64,000 nt of DNA from Octopus sinensis (lineage: Eukaryota), in the NCBI RefSeq assembly GCF_006345805.1, contig NC_043009.1, forward strand, positions 54,684,001 through 54,748,000, read 5' to 3'. Positions 1 through 9,765 of this stretch are shown in pieces. The notes beneath the pieces are model-generated. The model ran no database searches and was not told the origin of the DNA. It worked only from the letters and a program-made list of their open reading frames with translations. Numbering within the stretch: position 1 is the stretch's first letter; each line of letters begins with the position of its first letter. The translations under genes were made by a program, and so were the position numbers.

Positions 1-796
1 CAAGCAAAACCAAAGACATTATCTTTGGCAGTGCAACAGTGTTGATAAATATAAAATAGAGTTTGATTCTCAGTTGGTATGGTCTCAGTTGATAAGAGCC
101 TGGTGGAATGATGTGGAATTCCTTTTCCATATCAGCAAAATCAAAAAAAATAATTCTTCATACTTTGCCACAACTTATAAAATTCTTGCATCCAGTCAAA
201 TGCAACATTCTTAGTAATTAACCAATTTTCACATAATTACACTTATCTGTTACTTTTGGTCCACTGCATGTTCCTGTAGCTTTGTTAATTAAAATTATAT
301 TCAGCCTTGTGCATAAAATCTGTACTAGTACTACTACCTAGTCCTTTTCAGAATTATGTATAAACTTTACAGACACTTAAATCCTTTCTGGAATTGTGCA
401 TAGTGTGCATGAACTGCAATTCATCTTCAGAATTGTAAATAACCTGCATCAAGAATTTCTTTTATTTGTGCATAACTTGCATGAGCACCAAGATCATTTT
501 GGAATTACTGTGTAAGTCTCACAGAATTGGACATAAGCTACACCAACTGCTTTAGAATTTTGCACACCAAGTCCGTTTTTTCTTTCTTTGATATTGTCAG
601 TAACTTGCACTAAGTCCATTTTGGAATTGTGCATACAACATCAACATTTTTGGATTTGTACATGCAAAACCCTCATTACGTCACTTCAAAAATTTTTTAT
701 ACTAGTAGCAATTTTCTGAATTGTGAATAACCTGCACTAAGTCTTTCTCAGAATTGTGCATATTAATACCAAGTTTCAAGTTCTTTAGTCTTTTGC

Positions 797-3058
797 TTAA
801 TTTGAAAAGTTACCTTCCAATTTTTTCTTCATTCGTTCACGACCCACATCATCATCATGTTTCCGTTTACTCTGCAAGGTACTTACATTGTCAGGATCAT
901 CATCAGTAGTTATGTTACTTTCCGATGGCGCTTGGCTTTCCATTATTCTGGCATTGCCAGCCATTTCCTCTTGGCTCTCTACCACATTTATATTACCCTC
1001 CCACTCTTTCTTGGTCTCCATTATGCTTCTGTCATCACCCCTCTCATCTTGGCTCTCCATTCCTCTCACATCACTATCCATCTCTCCTTGACTCTCCACT
1101 ACATTTGTGTTGCAAGCTGTCCCTTGATTTTCCACCTCATTTGCATCACAGTCAGCCTCTTCCTGACTCTCTACTTCATTTGTGACACAAGCAGTCTCTT
1201 CTTGACTTTCCACCACATTTGTGTCATTAGCTGTCTCTTCTTGATTCTTCATAGCACTCATATCACCTGCCATCTCTTCTTGATTTGTCATTAATATTTT
1301 GCCACAAGTCATCTCTTCCTTGCTCTCCACTACTCCATCAATATCTGTTACCTCTTTGGTCTCCCATATATTTGTATCATCATGTATGTTCTTTTTGCTC
1401 TCCTTAGCATTTGTTCCACAATCCCTCCCTTTACTCTCTCCCATATTTGTGTCATCAGTTATTTCTCCTTTGCTCTTCCTTACATTTGTATCTTCATAAA
1501 TTTCCTCTTTGTTTTCCCCAATATTTTTGTCATCATAAATCTCCTCTTTGCTCTCCTCTACATTTGTATCTCTAGCCAACAGCTTTCTGTTTTCCATTGC
1601 ATCCAAGTTATCTGATGTCTTTTGAAACAACATCTCTCTTTCACTTTCTTGTTTATACAGCACAAATTGAGTATCATCTTCCAAGTTCTGATTTGGTGAC
1701 ACAAGTCTTGAGTCACCCTCAGCTTTTTTATTTTGCCTGAAGGGCACATTACCTTGTTTGCTTTGCAAATTGCTTTCACCACCTTGCTCACTCTTCATAA
1801 GTGACACATCACCCTCAACATTCTGCACAAGAGACACATCATCTTTAGCCTGTTTCACAAGTGACACATCTCCTTCCCGCCCTTGCCTAACTTGAATGAG
1901 TGACACTTCATTTTCAGCTCCCTGCAAGAGTGGTAAATCATCTCCAGCCTCATGTATGCTGTCCCTTTCAGCTTCCTGTTTAGATTGTGCATCATCTTGT
2001 TTACTCTGTGAGAAACACACATCCACAGATTTACTTTGGGAAGAGGCAATACCTTCAGAACAGCTATCTTTACTTTTTCTCTCCAGTTTTACATTGCACT
2101 CTCCATTTTCTATCACATCTGTACATGTCTTATTATTTACAACATCTTGCTTACACTCTGAAAGGTCTACATCTTCTACTATGGCTTTGACTTCACACAA
2201 AGCCAGCTGCACACCACTCTTAGCAGCAAGCAAGCTATCTGAAAGTCCAGTATAGTCTGCTGTAACCTTCATACTATCCGTGAATTCCATATCTTTCTGA
2301 TTTTTGTTAGCATAAGTATTGGTTAAAATATCTTCATTCTCTATTTTCACATCATCAGTATTTCTAACTGAAAGTTTAGAATCAAAACGTGCCTTTTCTC
2401 CAGTTGCATCCAAGCCCCTATTACTTTCCTGGGCATCTAAAACTTTACTTTTACGGTCAATGTTTTCCATTTTCACTTCAGATTGTACTACAGAATCTTC
2501 TCTTCCAAAATTACAAACTTCATTTAAGTATTCTATCGTATTGATGGTATAGTCTTGTACAGAACACTCAGAAGTCACTTCAATGTTTTCATTCAATATA
2601 CATGACCCGGATTCTAACAAACCAGATAATTTAAAAGCTTCACAATCATCTGGATTGGAAACTTGCAGATTTTGTATACTTTTTGCTATCAATTCTTTGG
2701 CCTCAGCAAGTTTTTCTTCAAATTCATTCAATAGTTTGACTGTTTGACACTTTTGCTTCATCATCATCATTCGTAATGTTTCCCGGGCCTGATTTGGTCG
2801 GATTTCATTGATAAGATGATTGAGGTTTATGAATAGTAAACGCAGGTCATTCAGTTTTTCTTGCCTATCTGAAGAGTTGGGGTTCCGAATAAGTATGTCT
2901 ATCAAATCTAGAAAGCACACAAGAATGGAATGGTTCAGTTTCTTCATTTCCTTTTTACGATTATGGTTTTCAGGATATAACTGTGTAAGTCCTAGGGATT
3001 CTAATGTCTGAATGGGATCATTAATGTTGGAAGGTACACCAAATACTGTGTAGTTCTC
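797..3058 (-). CDS. MED7: MED7-like, coding exon 2: MED7 domain plus a long acidic low-complexity tail (753 aa, stop TAA 797-799)
   Basis: Acceptor TTTTTTTGCAG at 3059-3060, phase 0, in frame with exon 1. KKEMKKLNHSILVCFLDLIDILIRNP..RQEKLNDLRLLFINLNHLINEIRPNQARETLRMMM matches the MED7 core (human [61 protein letters not shown], from recall). The frame is open for 2.26 kb. Confidence 0.9.
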   Translation of the reverse strand, partial: ENYTVFGVPSNINDPIQTLESLGLTQLYPENHNRKKEMKKLNHSILVCFLDLIDILIRNPNSSDRQEKLNDLRLLFINLNHLINEIRPNQARETLRMMMMKQKCQTVKLLNEFEEKLAEAKELIAKSIQNLQVSNPDDCEAFKLSGLLESGSCILNENIEVTSECSVQDYTINTIEYLNEVCNFGREDSVVQSEVKMENIDRKSKVLDAQESNRGLDATGEKARFDSKLSVRNTDDVKIENEDILTNTYANKNQKDMEFTDSMKVTADYTGLSDSLLAAKSGVQLALCEVKAIVEDVDLSECKQDVVNNKTCTDVIENGECNVKLERKSKDSCSEGIASSQSKSVDVCFSQSKQDDAQSKQEAERDSIHEAGDDLPLLQGAENEVSLIQVRQGREGDVSLVKQAKDDVSLVQNVEGDVSLMKSEQGGESNLQSKQGNVPFRQNKKAEGDSRLVSPNQNLEDDTQFVLYKQESEREMLFQKTSDNLDAMENRKLLARDTNVEESKEEIYDDKNIGENKEEIYEDTNVRKSKGEITDDTNMGESKGRDCGTNAKESKKNIHDDTNIWETKEVTDIDGVVESKEEMTCGKILMTNQEEMAGDMSAMKNQEETANDTNVVESQEETACVTNEVESQEEADCDANEVENQGTACNTNVVESQGEMDSDVRGMESQDERGDDRSIMETKKEWEGNINVVESQEEMAGNARIMESQAPSESNITTDDDPDNVSTLQSKRKHDDDVGRERMKKKLEGNFSN

Positions 3059-3341
3059 CTGCAAAAAAACAAGAAAAACGCTTGTAAAAATAATTATTTC
3101 TATATAGGTACAGGCATGGCTGTGTGGTTAAGAAGCTCACTTTTGCAACCATGTGGTCTCAGGTTCAATCCCATTGTGCAGAGCCTGCACCATACTTCTG
3201 TATCTGTTTTGGTATGGGTTTTTTATGATTGGATTCCCTTCCAAATACCAACCACTCCACTGAATAGGCTGAGTGCTTTTTACTTGGCATTCCATATTAT
3301 GGAAGTATTACATTCAAGAAAATCATGCATTAACAGAGTTC

Positions 3342-3789
3342 TGTAGAGTGGTACATGTTTTCCGATTTTTATGTTCATTGATTTACATCTAATCTAAAGG
3401 CAATGGTAATGTCGCGGCACAAACATCCAGTACCATATTAGGTGAGATCTCGCGGAAGCCATTGCCATCTCCGAGACTGGAGCGAGACCTCACCTGCATC
3501 CATTTGTCATGCATGAGATCATGAGGCTCGCAATGGAGAAAACTATATAAATGGGAAACTTATTCAGACCAGCCTCTTTTGGCGCCATTAGACAGCAGCA
3601 TTGGCTGAACACCAACACAGGCAGCACTTTCTGCTTGTCTATCTCCAGAGGCAATGTACCCGTACCCTGTCGGAGCTTAAGATGGTAGCTGTGAGCAGCA
3701 CACTTCTCTCTTTCCTGTAAATAAACCAGTTGTAAATAGCATTTATGCTTGAAGTCTTTTTTCTTTGCCTGCCGAAAGCCTGAACTACA
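3342..3789 (+). mobile_element. Putative solo LTR inside the MED7-like coding intron
   Basis: TGTAG...CTACA termini, TATATAAA at 3544-3551, AATAAA at 3720-3725, higher GC than flanks. No clean TSD. Confidence 0.45.
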
Positions 3790-3989
3790 TAAAGAACAAG
3801 AAAAAGATGATGGAAAAAGATGATATTCCTCCCATATCATAAACCCTGCCTTCCTAAAGTAAAATAGGTTTCATGCTACAGAAAACATTACAGCAAGATT
3901 TTTCAGGAGTGCAATGCTTTCATAATATACAGACAATGTCAGTATAAACTTATTTTGTCTATCCACCCATTTATCAGTGCCTGCTATCC

Positions 3990-4205
3990 CTAAGAGGTTT
4001 ATAGGGATTAGAGTCCCCAGGTACCTCCTTGATTGGGTCCTATCAGAAACAACTGTCATTACACATTCTGGCTGAATTCCCAAGAGTGACCAACAAAGAA
4101 TATGGATATCATCCAACCATCTTGCTTTTTCTTTAACCCTAGGCCTCTCCCTGCCAGTCTGCTCGATCCTTCTCATGATCCATCTCTCAAGTATTCTAAT
4201 CACAT
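3990..4205 (-). mobile_element. Decayed RTE-like LINE 3' remnant
   Basis: Translation ILE..I.....GRERPR....RWLDDI.....DRTQSR resembles the RTE ORF C-terminus. Confidence 0.4.
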
Positions 4206-4494
4206 GTCCATAGTATTGAAGCTATGACCTTTTGTGAAAAAAAAGTAGCAGTTCCACCTGAAGTGACTTCAAGCTGTGCACTCTGTCAAGCACTGTTATT
4301 CCAGAGATCCTTTGAAGAAACCCCATTTCAACTGCTTGTACTTGAATTCTACTCTTTTAATCATTACCCAACATTCATAACAATGGGTGAAAATGGGCAC
4401 AGAAACTGAAATGAAGATAGCAAATGTGAATTATTTTTTTTTTTTTTACCAACCTCTTCTGAGGCTGATTTTGCCAATTGGAAATAAATTTTAC

Positions 4495-4605
4495 CTGGGT
4501 TGGTGGTGGTGCTGGTATTCCTTTTGCCATATTTTCATCAGTACAGTACCTCACATATTGCATGGGAGGTAAAGGGAAAGAACTAACACCAAGACGGTCA
4601 GACAT
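4495..4605 (-). CDS. MED7: MED7-like, coding exon 1 (MSDRLGVSSFPLPPMQYVRYCTDENMAKGIPAPPPTQ, 37 aa)
   Basis: Translation matches the MED7 N-terminus (PPMQY..TDEN..P.PPP). Donor CAG|GTAAAA at 4494, phase 0. An acceptor TTTTTTTCAG at 4622-4623 lies 16 nt upstream of the ATG, implying a further non-coding exon. Confidence 0.88.
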
Positions 4606-5289
4606 TTGCAGCAGGATTTTACTGAAAAAAAGATATTTTAAAGATATGAAACAATAACCAGAATCATCCAAATAATGCTAGCACGTGAATATTACCAAAA
4701 CACTTTTTTATTTGATCCTTTAATTAGATCAAAAAGGAGAGGAAAGATAGTGCCTGTAATCTGTTACAACATCCTTGTAACAGATTATGTAAGAGAGAGG
4801 AATCTCAAACTGGAAACCCTGCCCAAATGCTTGCAATAGAGTGGGTTCTGCTATAGGCACCGAGAGAAAAATGCTTCAGGGTTTAATGAAATAACTGATA
4901 AGATCTTGTCAGTCCCAAATTCACAATGCTGAAGGATACCGAAATCTGCACAGATGACTGTGAGGACATAAGGTTCGTCCTGCCCGTTCTGGAAGAACAA
5001 AGTAGCGTTTAGAAGGAACTTGTTTCTTGTTGATCAATCAGCCTACAAGCCAGAGGAAATACAAAGTCATTCTGGGGACTAATAAACTTTATTTATAGGT
5101 AACAAACCTAAAAGGGAATAACTGGTAGAAGTTGCCGCATAGGATCTTTTCACTTTGACCGGCAGATTTTTAAAATAATTTTTTGTAACCGCCAGTCAAA
5201 GTGAAAAGATCCAAAAAAGATGACCAGAGTTATAGTTGGAAAGATGGATGATTTAAATTTCCAATTCTTGTTAATTTATTTTATGCAGT

Positions 5290-5681
5290 GGATCTTTTCA
5301 GGGTCTTACTTCTACTTGTGGCGACATTCACCCTGGGTGGGTTGAGTTGGCTTCTTCTACCGTAGAAGTTTCGTGGGAATATGTGGATTTCACAAGCGGT
5401 CCCCAACAATCCCGCATGTAGAGACATCCTGTTTGCCACAGATTGTCCGCAGACGCAGGGACGGAACGACCGAGGAGCCGCCGGTTGCCGAAACAGACAC
5501 TCCGAGGATTTTCTCCAGAGCCCCGTCTGCTGGGTTGTGGCCCTAATACCACTCGGTGTCAGACCAATCCGCCTTGGGCGGCCCTACCAGGAAACGAAGT
5601 TCCCGACGGCATAGCTCTGACACTACCCATTGCCAGCGTCCCCACCACGGTGAGGAGGGGATGGTCAAAGTGAAAAGATCC
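5290..5681. mobile_element. GGATCTTTTC-TIR element enclosing a CpG-rich RTE-5'UTR-like fragment
   Basis: GGATCTTTTCA at 5290 and TGAAAAGATCC at 5671-5681. A 71-bp mini version of the same TIR pair lies at 5142-5212. Confidence 0.5.
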
Positions 5682-6403
5682 TCTTTTTTTAATTCAGTAC
5701 ACTCAAGGGCATGACTTTTGGAGAATATTATTTCATGCTCAGAATTCTCAAAGCCTAGAAAAAAAAAATACATTAATGATTAATTTCAAAAATTCCAGGT
5801 TTCTGAATCCTTCAAAGTTTCCAGGTTTCTTGAAATTCACCAAAATTACTCCTTAAGTATCTATGCACCCTTTCTTTTTTAAAACTTTTCTTTTTGTATT
5901 TTATTCTATGTAAATTTTAGCTATCATTGCAGTCTTTCTTTGACATACATGTCTGCTTGCAGTTCCCTCTTAACTGAGGAGCTGCAATGCACCTTAACCA
6001 CTGTATACAATAAGTTCAGTATTATAATTCTTGAATGCTCCTATAATTAATGTGTTCCAGTTTATTCAAATATAGGGCAAAAGTGGATTTGAAACATTTA
6101 GACATGGGGCACAAAAATACACTTTCTTTCAGGGATCCCTCAAAGAGCTTCTACTTGAGTTTGTTGTCCATTTCACCTATTACAAAAGAAAAAAAAAAAG
6201 AAAGAAAAAAGTGATGCAATGGATTTATTTTATAATTGGCAGCTGTTGCAAAACGACTCAAGAGCTGGAAGTTTCGTGCATGGCACTTAATCAAAAATGT
6301 CATACACGAAACTTTTGGCCCCAAATCACTTTGCAACTTCTGCCAATTAAAAAAAAATAATTTTATATAATTTCGTTACTTATCCATACAAGTAATAATA
6401 TGG

Positions 6404-6810
6404 GGATCTTTTCGGTTTGAACGGCAGTTTTTTCTAGCGGTGTCATATGAAATTGTCACCCATAATTATGACCCTAGTATCGATCTATTGCATTTCAATC
6501 TGTTTTAGGATTAGCGTTAGGGTATCTTTTTTTCTTCCCAAATGTAAATAAACCCAATCTGTTTCTTAAACGAGGGGCATTTCCATACGGCACAGAATGT
6601 TTTCACCTCAATAGACGTCATTGATTGGTTGAAATTGCAGAAATTGAAAAAAACAAAAAAAAAACAAATATCTTACAAACTATAGAATTTTCTCAATAGA
6701 GCCAAGAGAAAAAGATGTTTTATAAACACATTCTACCAGTATACGAAGTTTAAATTTTTTTTGTTACCTAGAAATTAGGTTAAATACTGCCGTTCAAATT
6801 GAAAAGATCC
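6404..6810. mobile_element. MITE with ~25-bp TIRs and an 8-bp TSD (Merlin-like)
   Basis: TIRs GGATCTTTTCGGTTTGAACGGCAGT / ACTGCCGTTCAAATTGAAAAGATCC. Exact TSD TAATATGG at 6396-6403 and 6811-6818. A partial inverted copy lies at about 9131-9300. Confidence 0.8.
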
Positions 6811-7567
6811 TAATATGGAAAGGAATAAATGAAGCTGAAAACGCACAGAATATATAGAGATTTATTTAAATTTTAAAATAAGTATGGCTGTGCATTTGTA
6901 AGATTTTCAAAAACGTACATTAAAAAAAAAACGTGGAGTTGCATAGCAAACTGAATTGTGTGAATGTGTGCACACACACGCACCGAGTTTTACTTTCCCT
7001 CTTTGTATCACAAAAGTGAATGTACGTAGTAAATTTATCAATATAACCAGGTCGAAAATGTGTCTTCCAACAAACAACAGTCTTGCTGCTGATTATTTGC
7101 AGCTAGCTGAAGTGAGTCATCATATGTTCTATATCTTGACCCTGAACACATTACATCTGTTGTCATTTAGTCTCGTCTCACGGCACCTAAGATCAAACAG
7201 GTCTCTTTGACCAAAACTTATTCAAGCCGAAACCATATTGACTTATACTTAGTACAACGTTAGCCAATGTTTGTTTCTTTTTTACAAAACAATAATGTAT
7301 GGTTTGAGGGATATTTGTCAATTATTTCCAGCTGGTTGGGCAACCATGGAGTGATTCCCTCACTGGCTCATATAACATCATAATATACAGCCAGTAACGA
7401 TATATTACACCATAGTCGATATTCTCTTTTGCAGTCTCTATTCTTTCGCGATTTAACCAGTCAAGTTGTCACTGAATGAAACAATCTTTGTTACTGTATT
7501 TATTTTGAGATGCTCTGTTTCTTTCAACTATTTTAAATATAACAAAGAATTTAGTAAAATAACTTAA

Positions 7568-7965
7568 TCTTTATATATAAAAGTCAAGTTGTGTGTCTGT
7601 CTCCTACGATTTAGATTCCTAACTACTCCCACATTTTGCGGTGCAGTGTAACCAAAAGCGGGTATCTTATAGTCGTGATTCATATCGAGCCCTTCTGCGT
7701 ATTAGCGCGCGTCTACGATGAGTCTACGATTTTAAAAATAATTTACCATCACTTTTTTTCCATTTTAATGCATTTTTTCGCTATTATATAAGGGAAGTAA
7801 CTCTCTAAAAATGTCTACGATGAGTCAATGATTTAAAAAAAAATTTACCATCATTTTTTTCCCATTTTTAATGCATTTTTGTTGCTATTTTCTGGCTATA
7901 GCTCTAAAAATGCTTATATAGTTGTTTCCCTTACAAACCCGAGCAACGCCGGGCGATACTGCTAG
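7568..7965 (+). mobile_element. Non-autonomous Helitron, family 1, copy 1
   Basis: 5' TC, 3' hairpin CCCGAGCAACGCCGGG followed by CTAG, inserted between A and T, no TSD. Confidence 0.85.
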
Positions 7966-8438
7966 TTATCATTAATCTAGAGTTAGGAACGTAAATTGTG
8001 ACTAAGGCTTGGCGGAATATTTTAATTCAAAACTTATGATAACAAGACATTTTACCACAGAGCCAGAGCCGGTTTTGGCCGGGTTAACGAACATTGAACT
8101 GAATTTCCAATTAACAGAACACACGATCAGTTCTACAGTTCCATTTATTTAAAGAAAAAGAATTACTTAAAATCTCTGGTTATAGTATTGTCTTCCGTAA
8201 TCGCATTAACGTTGCCTTATATGTAAATTAAACGGAGGGTAGGCTGTATACATCTACTATAATTATGTACTAGTGTAGAGACCGCTTTCTTTCTCTTTTT
8301 TTGTCTTTCTTTTTGTACTATACAGGCATCATATGCATACGTGTTATATATGTAATAAAATATTTTCTTTGTTGATATAATAAATTACTGATGAATGGAA
8401 AGAGGTGGTCTTGGTTTTATTCCCGTCCGCGATATAAA

Positions 8439-8833
8439 TCTTTATATATAAAAGTGAAGTTGTGTGTCTGTCTCCTACGATTTAGATTCCTAACTACTCC
8501 CACATTTTGCGGTGCAGTTTAACCAAAACCGGGTATCTTATAGTCGTGATTCATATCGAGCCCTTCTGGGTATTAGCGCGCGTCTACGATGGGTCTACGA
8601 TTAAAAAAAAAATTTACCATCATTTTTTTCCATTTTAATGCATTTTTTCGCTATTATATAAGGGAAGTAACTCTCTAAAAATGTCTACGATGAATCAACG
8701 ATTTAAAAAAAAATTAACCATTTTTTTTCCATTTTTAATGCATTTTTTTGCTACTTTTTGGCTATAACTCTCTAAAAATGCTTATATAGTTATTTCCCTT
8801 ACAAACCCGAGCAACGCCGGGCGATACTGCTAG
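8439..8833 (+). mobile_element. Non-autonomous Helitron, family 1, copy 2
   Basis: Near-identical to 7568-7965, with the same TC/CTAG ends and A|T site. Confidence 0.85.
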
Positions 8834-9053
8834 TAAAATATAAAGGTTTTCCTATATAGTAAGAAACGCAAAAAAAACAAGCGACGAAGAGTTTGCATCT
8901 CCTTGTAACTTCTCAGTTTTGACCTTTTGTTTTCGAATATTTATTCAGGTTAACGTAACGCATGTTTTTTGAAGACTCAAGAACTTGAAAAATTCTTCAA
9001 AAATCATAATCCACAATGCTTGAAACATACACTTGGCTTTTGAAGTACTGGAT

Positions 9054-9765
9054 CAGCGGCTCACAACTGGAGGCCATATGATCCTTGGGGGTCCAGATAA
9101 GAATTTATGTGCAGTAAATTGGATCCAATTTGGATCTTTTCGCTTTGACCGGCAGATTTAAGTAATTTCTTTGTAACTAAACACTTTTAAACTTCGTATA
9201 CTGGTAGAATGTGTTACATAAAACATCTTTTTCTCTTGGCTTTGAGAAAATTCTGTAGTTTGTAAGCTATTTGTTGTTTAATTTCTTGCTTTTCGACAAT
9301 TATATTTGTACAATACACAAAGTATTTTAACAATTTTTTTTATACAATTCCGAATAATATTGAATTATAAAGATATAATAGAATATTTTTTTTTAAACAT
9401 TGAACGGATATGAGGGTCCACTCGAGTAAAATAAGAATCAAAGGGGGCGAAAATAAAGAATACGTACACCCAGTGTTTAGGGTTAGGGCTATTGTTACGC
9501 CGAAAACGGGTGGTGTACGTATTATTTACCTTTGCCTCAAAGTGGTCCATAGGCAAAAATTTTTTTTTAAATGGTTGAGAAACGGATATGAGGGTCCACT
9601 CAAATAAAATAGGAATCAAAGGGGGCGAAAATAAAGAATACGTACACCCAGTGTTTAGGGTTAGGGCTATTGTTACGCCGAAAACGGGTGGTGTACGTAT
9701 TATTTACCTTTGCCTCAAAGGGGTCCATAGGCAAAAATTTTTTTTAAAATGGTTGAGAACCGCTG
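9054..9765. mobile_element. hAT-like MITE with a tandemly duplicated 178-bp subterminal unit (9403-9758)
   Basis: CAGCGGCTCACAAC ... GGTTGAGAACCGCTG ends. Two copies of a 178-bp unit. A related element lies at about 55628-56313. Confidence 0.55.

Noticed and set aside
857-2552. Hydrophobic + strand ORFs (145 aa, 119 aa etc.)
   Set aside because: Antisense shadows of the acidic, repetitive MED7-like exon.
3059-3064. Start codon of the 755-aa ORF in the track
   Set aside because: The 'M' is TTG within the splice acceptor (TTTTTTTGCAG). The real start is at 4605 in the upstream exon.
4757-4787. 13-bp-arm hairpin upstream of MED7-like (similar small ones at 53169-53239 and about 23821-23884)
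   Set aside because: Short stems are common in AT-rich, MITE-littered DNA, and there is no independent support for function.
9470-9670. Telomeric repeat
   Set aside because: Only two TTAGGG hexamers per 178-bp unit; not an interstitial telomere array.
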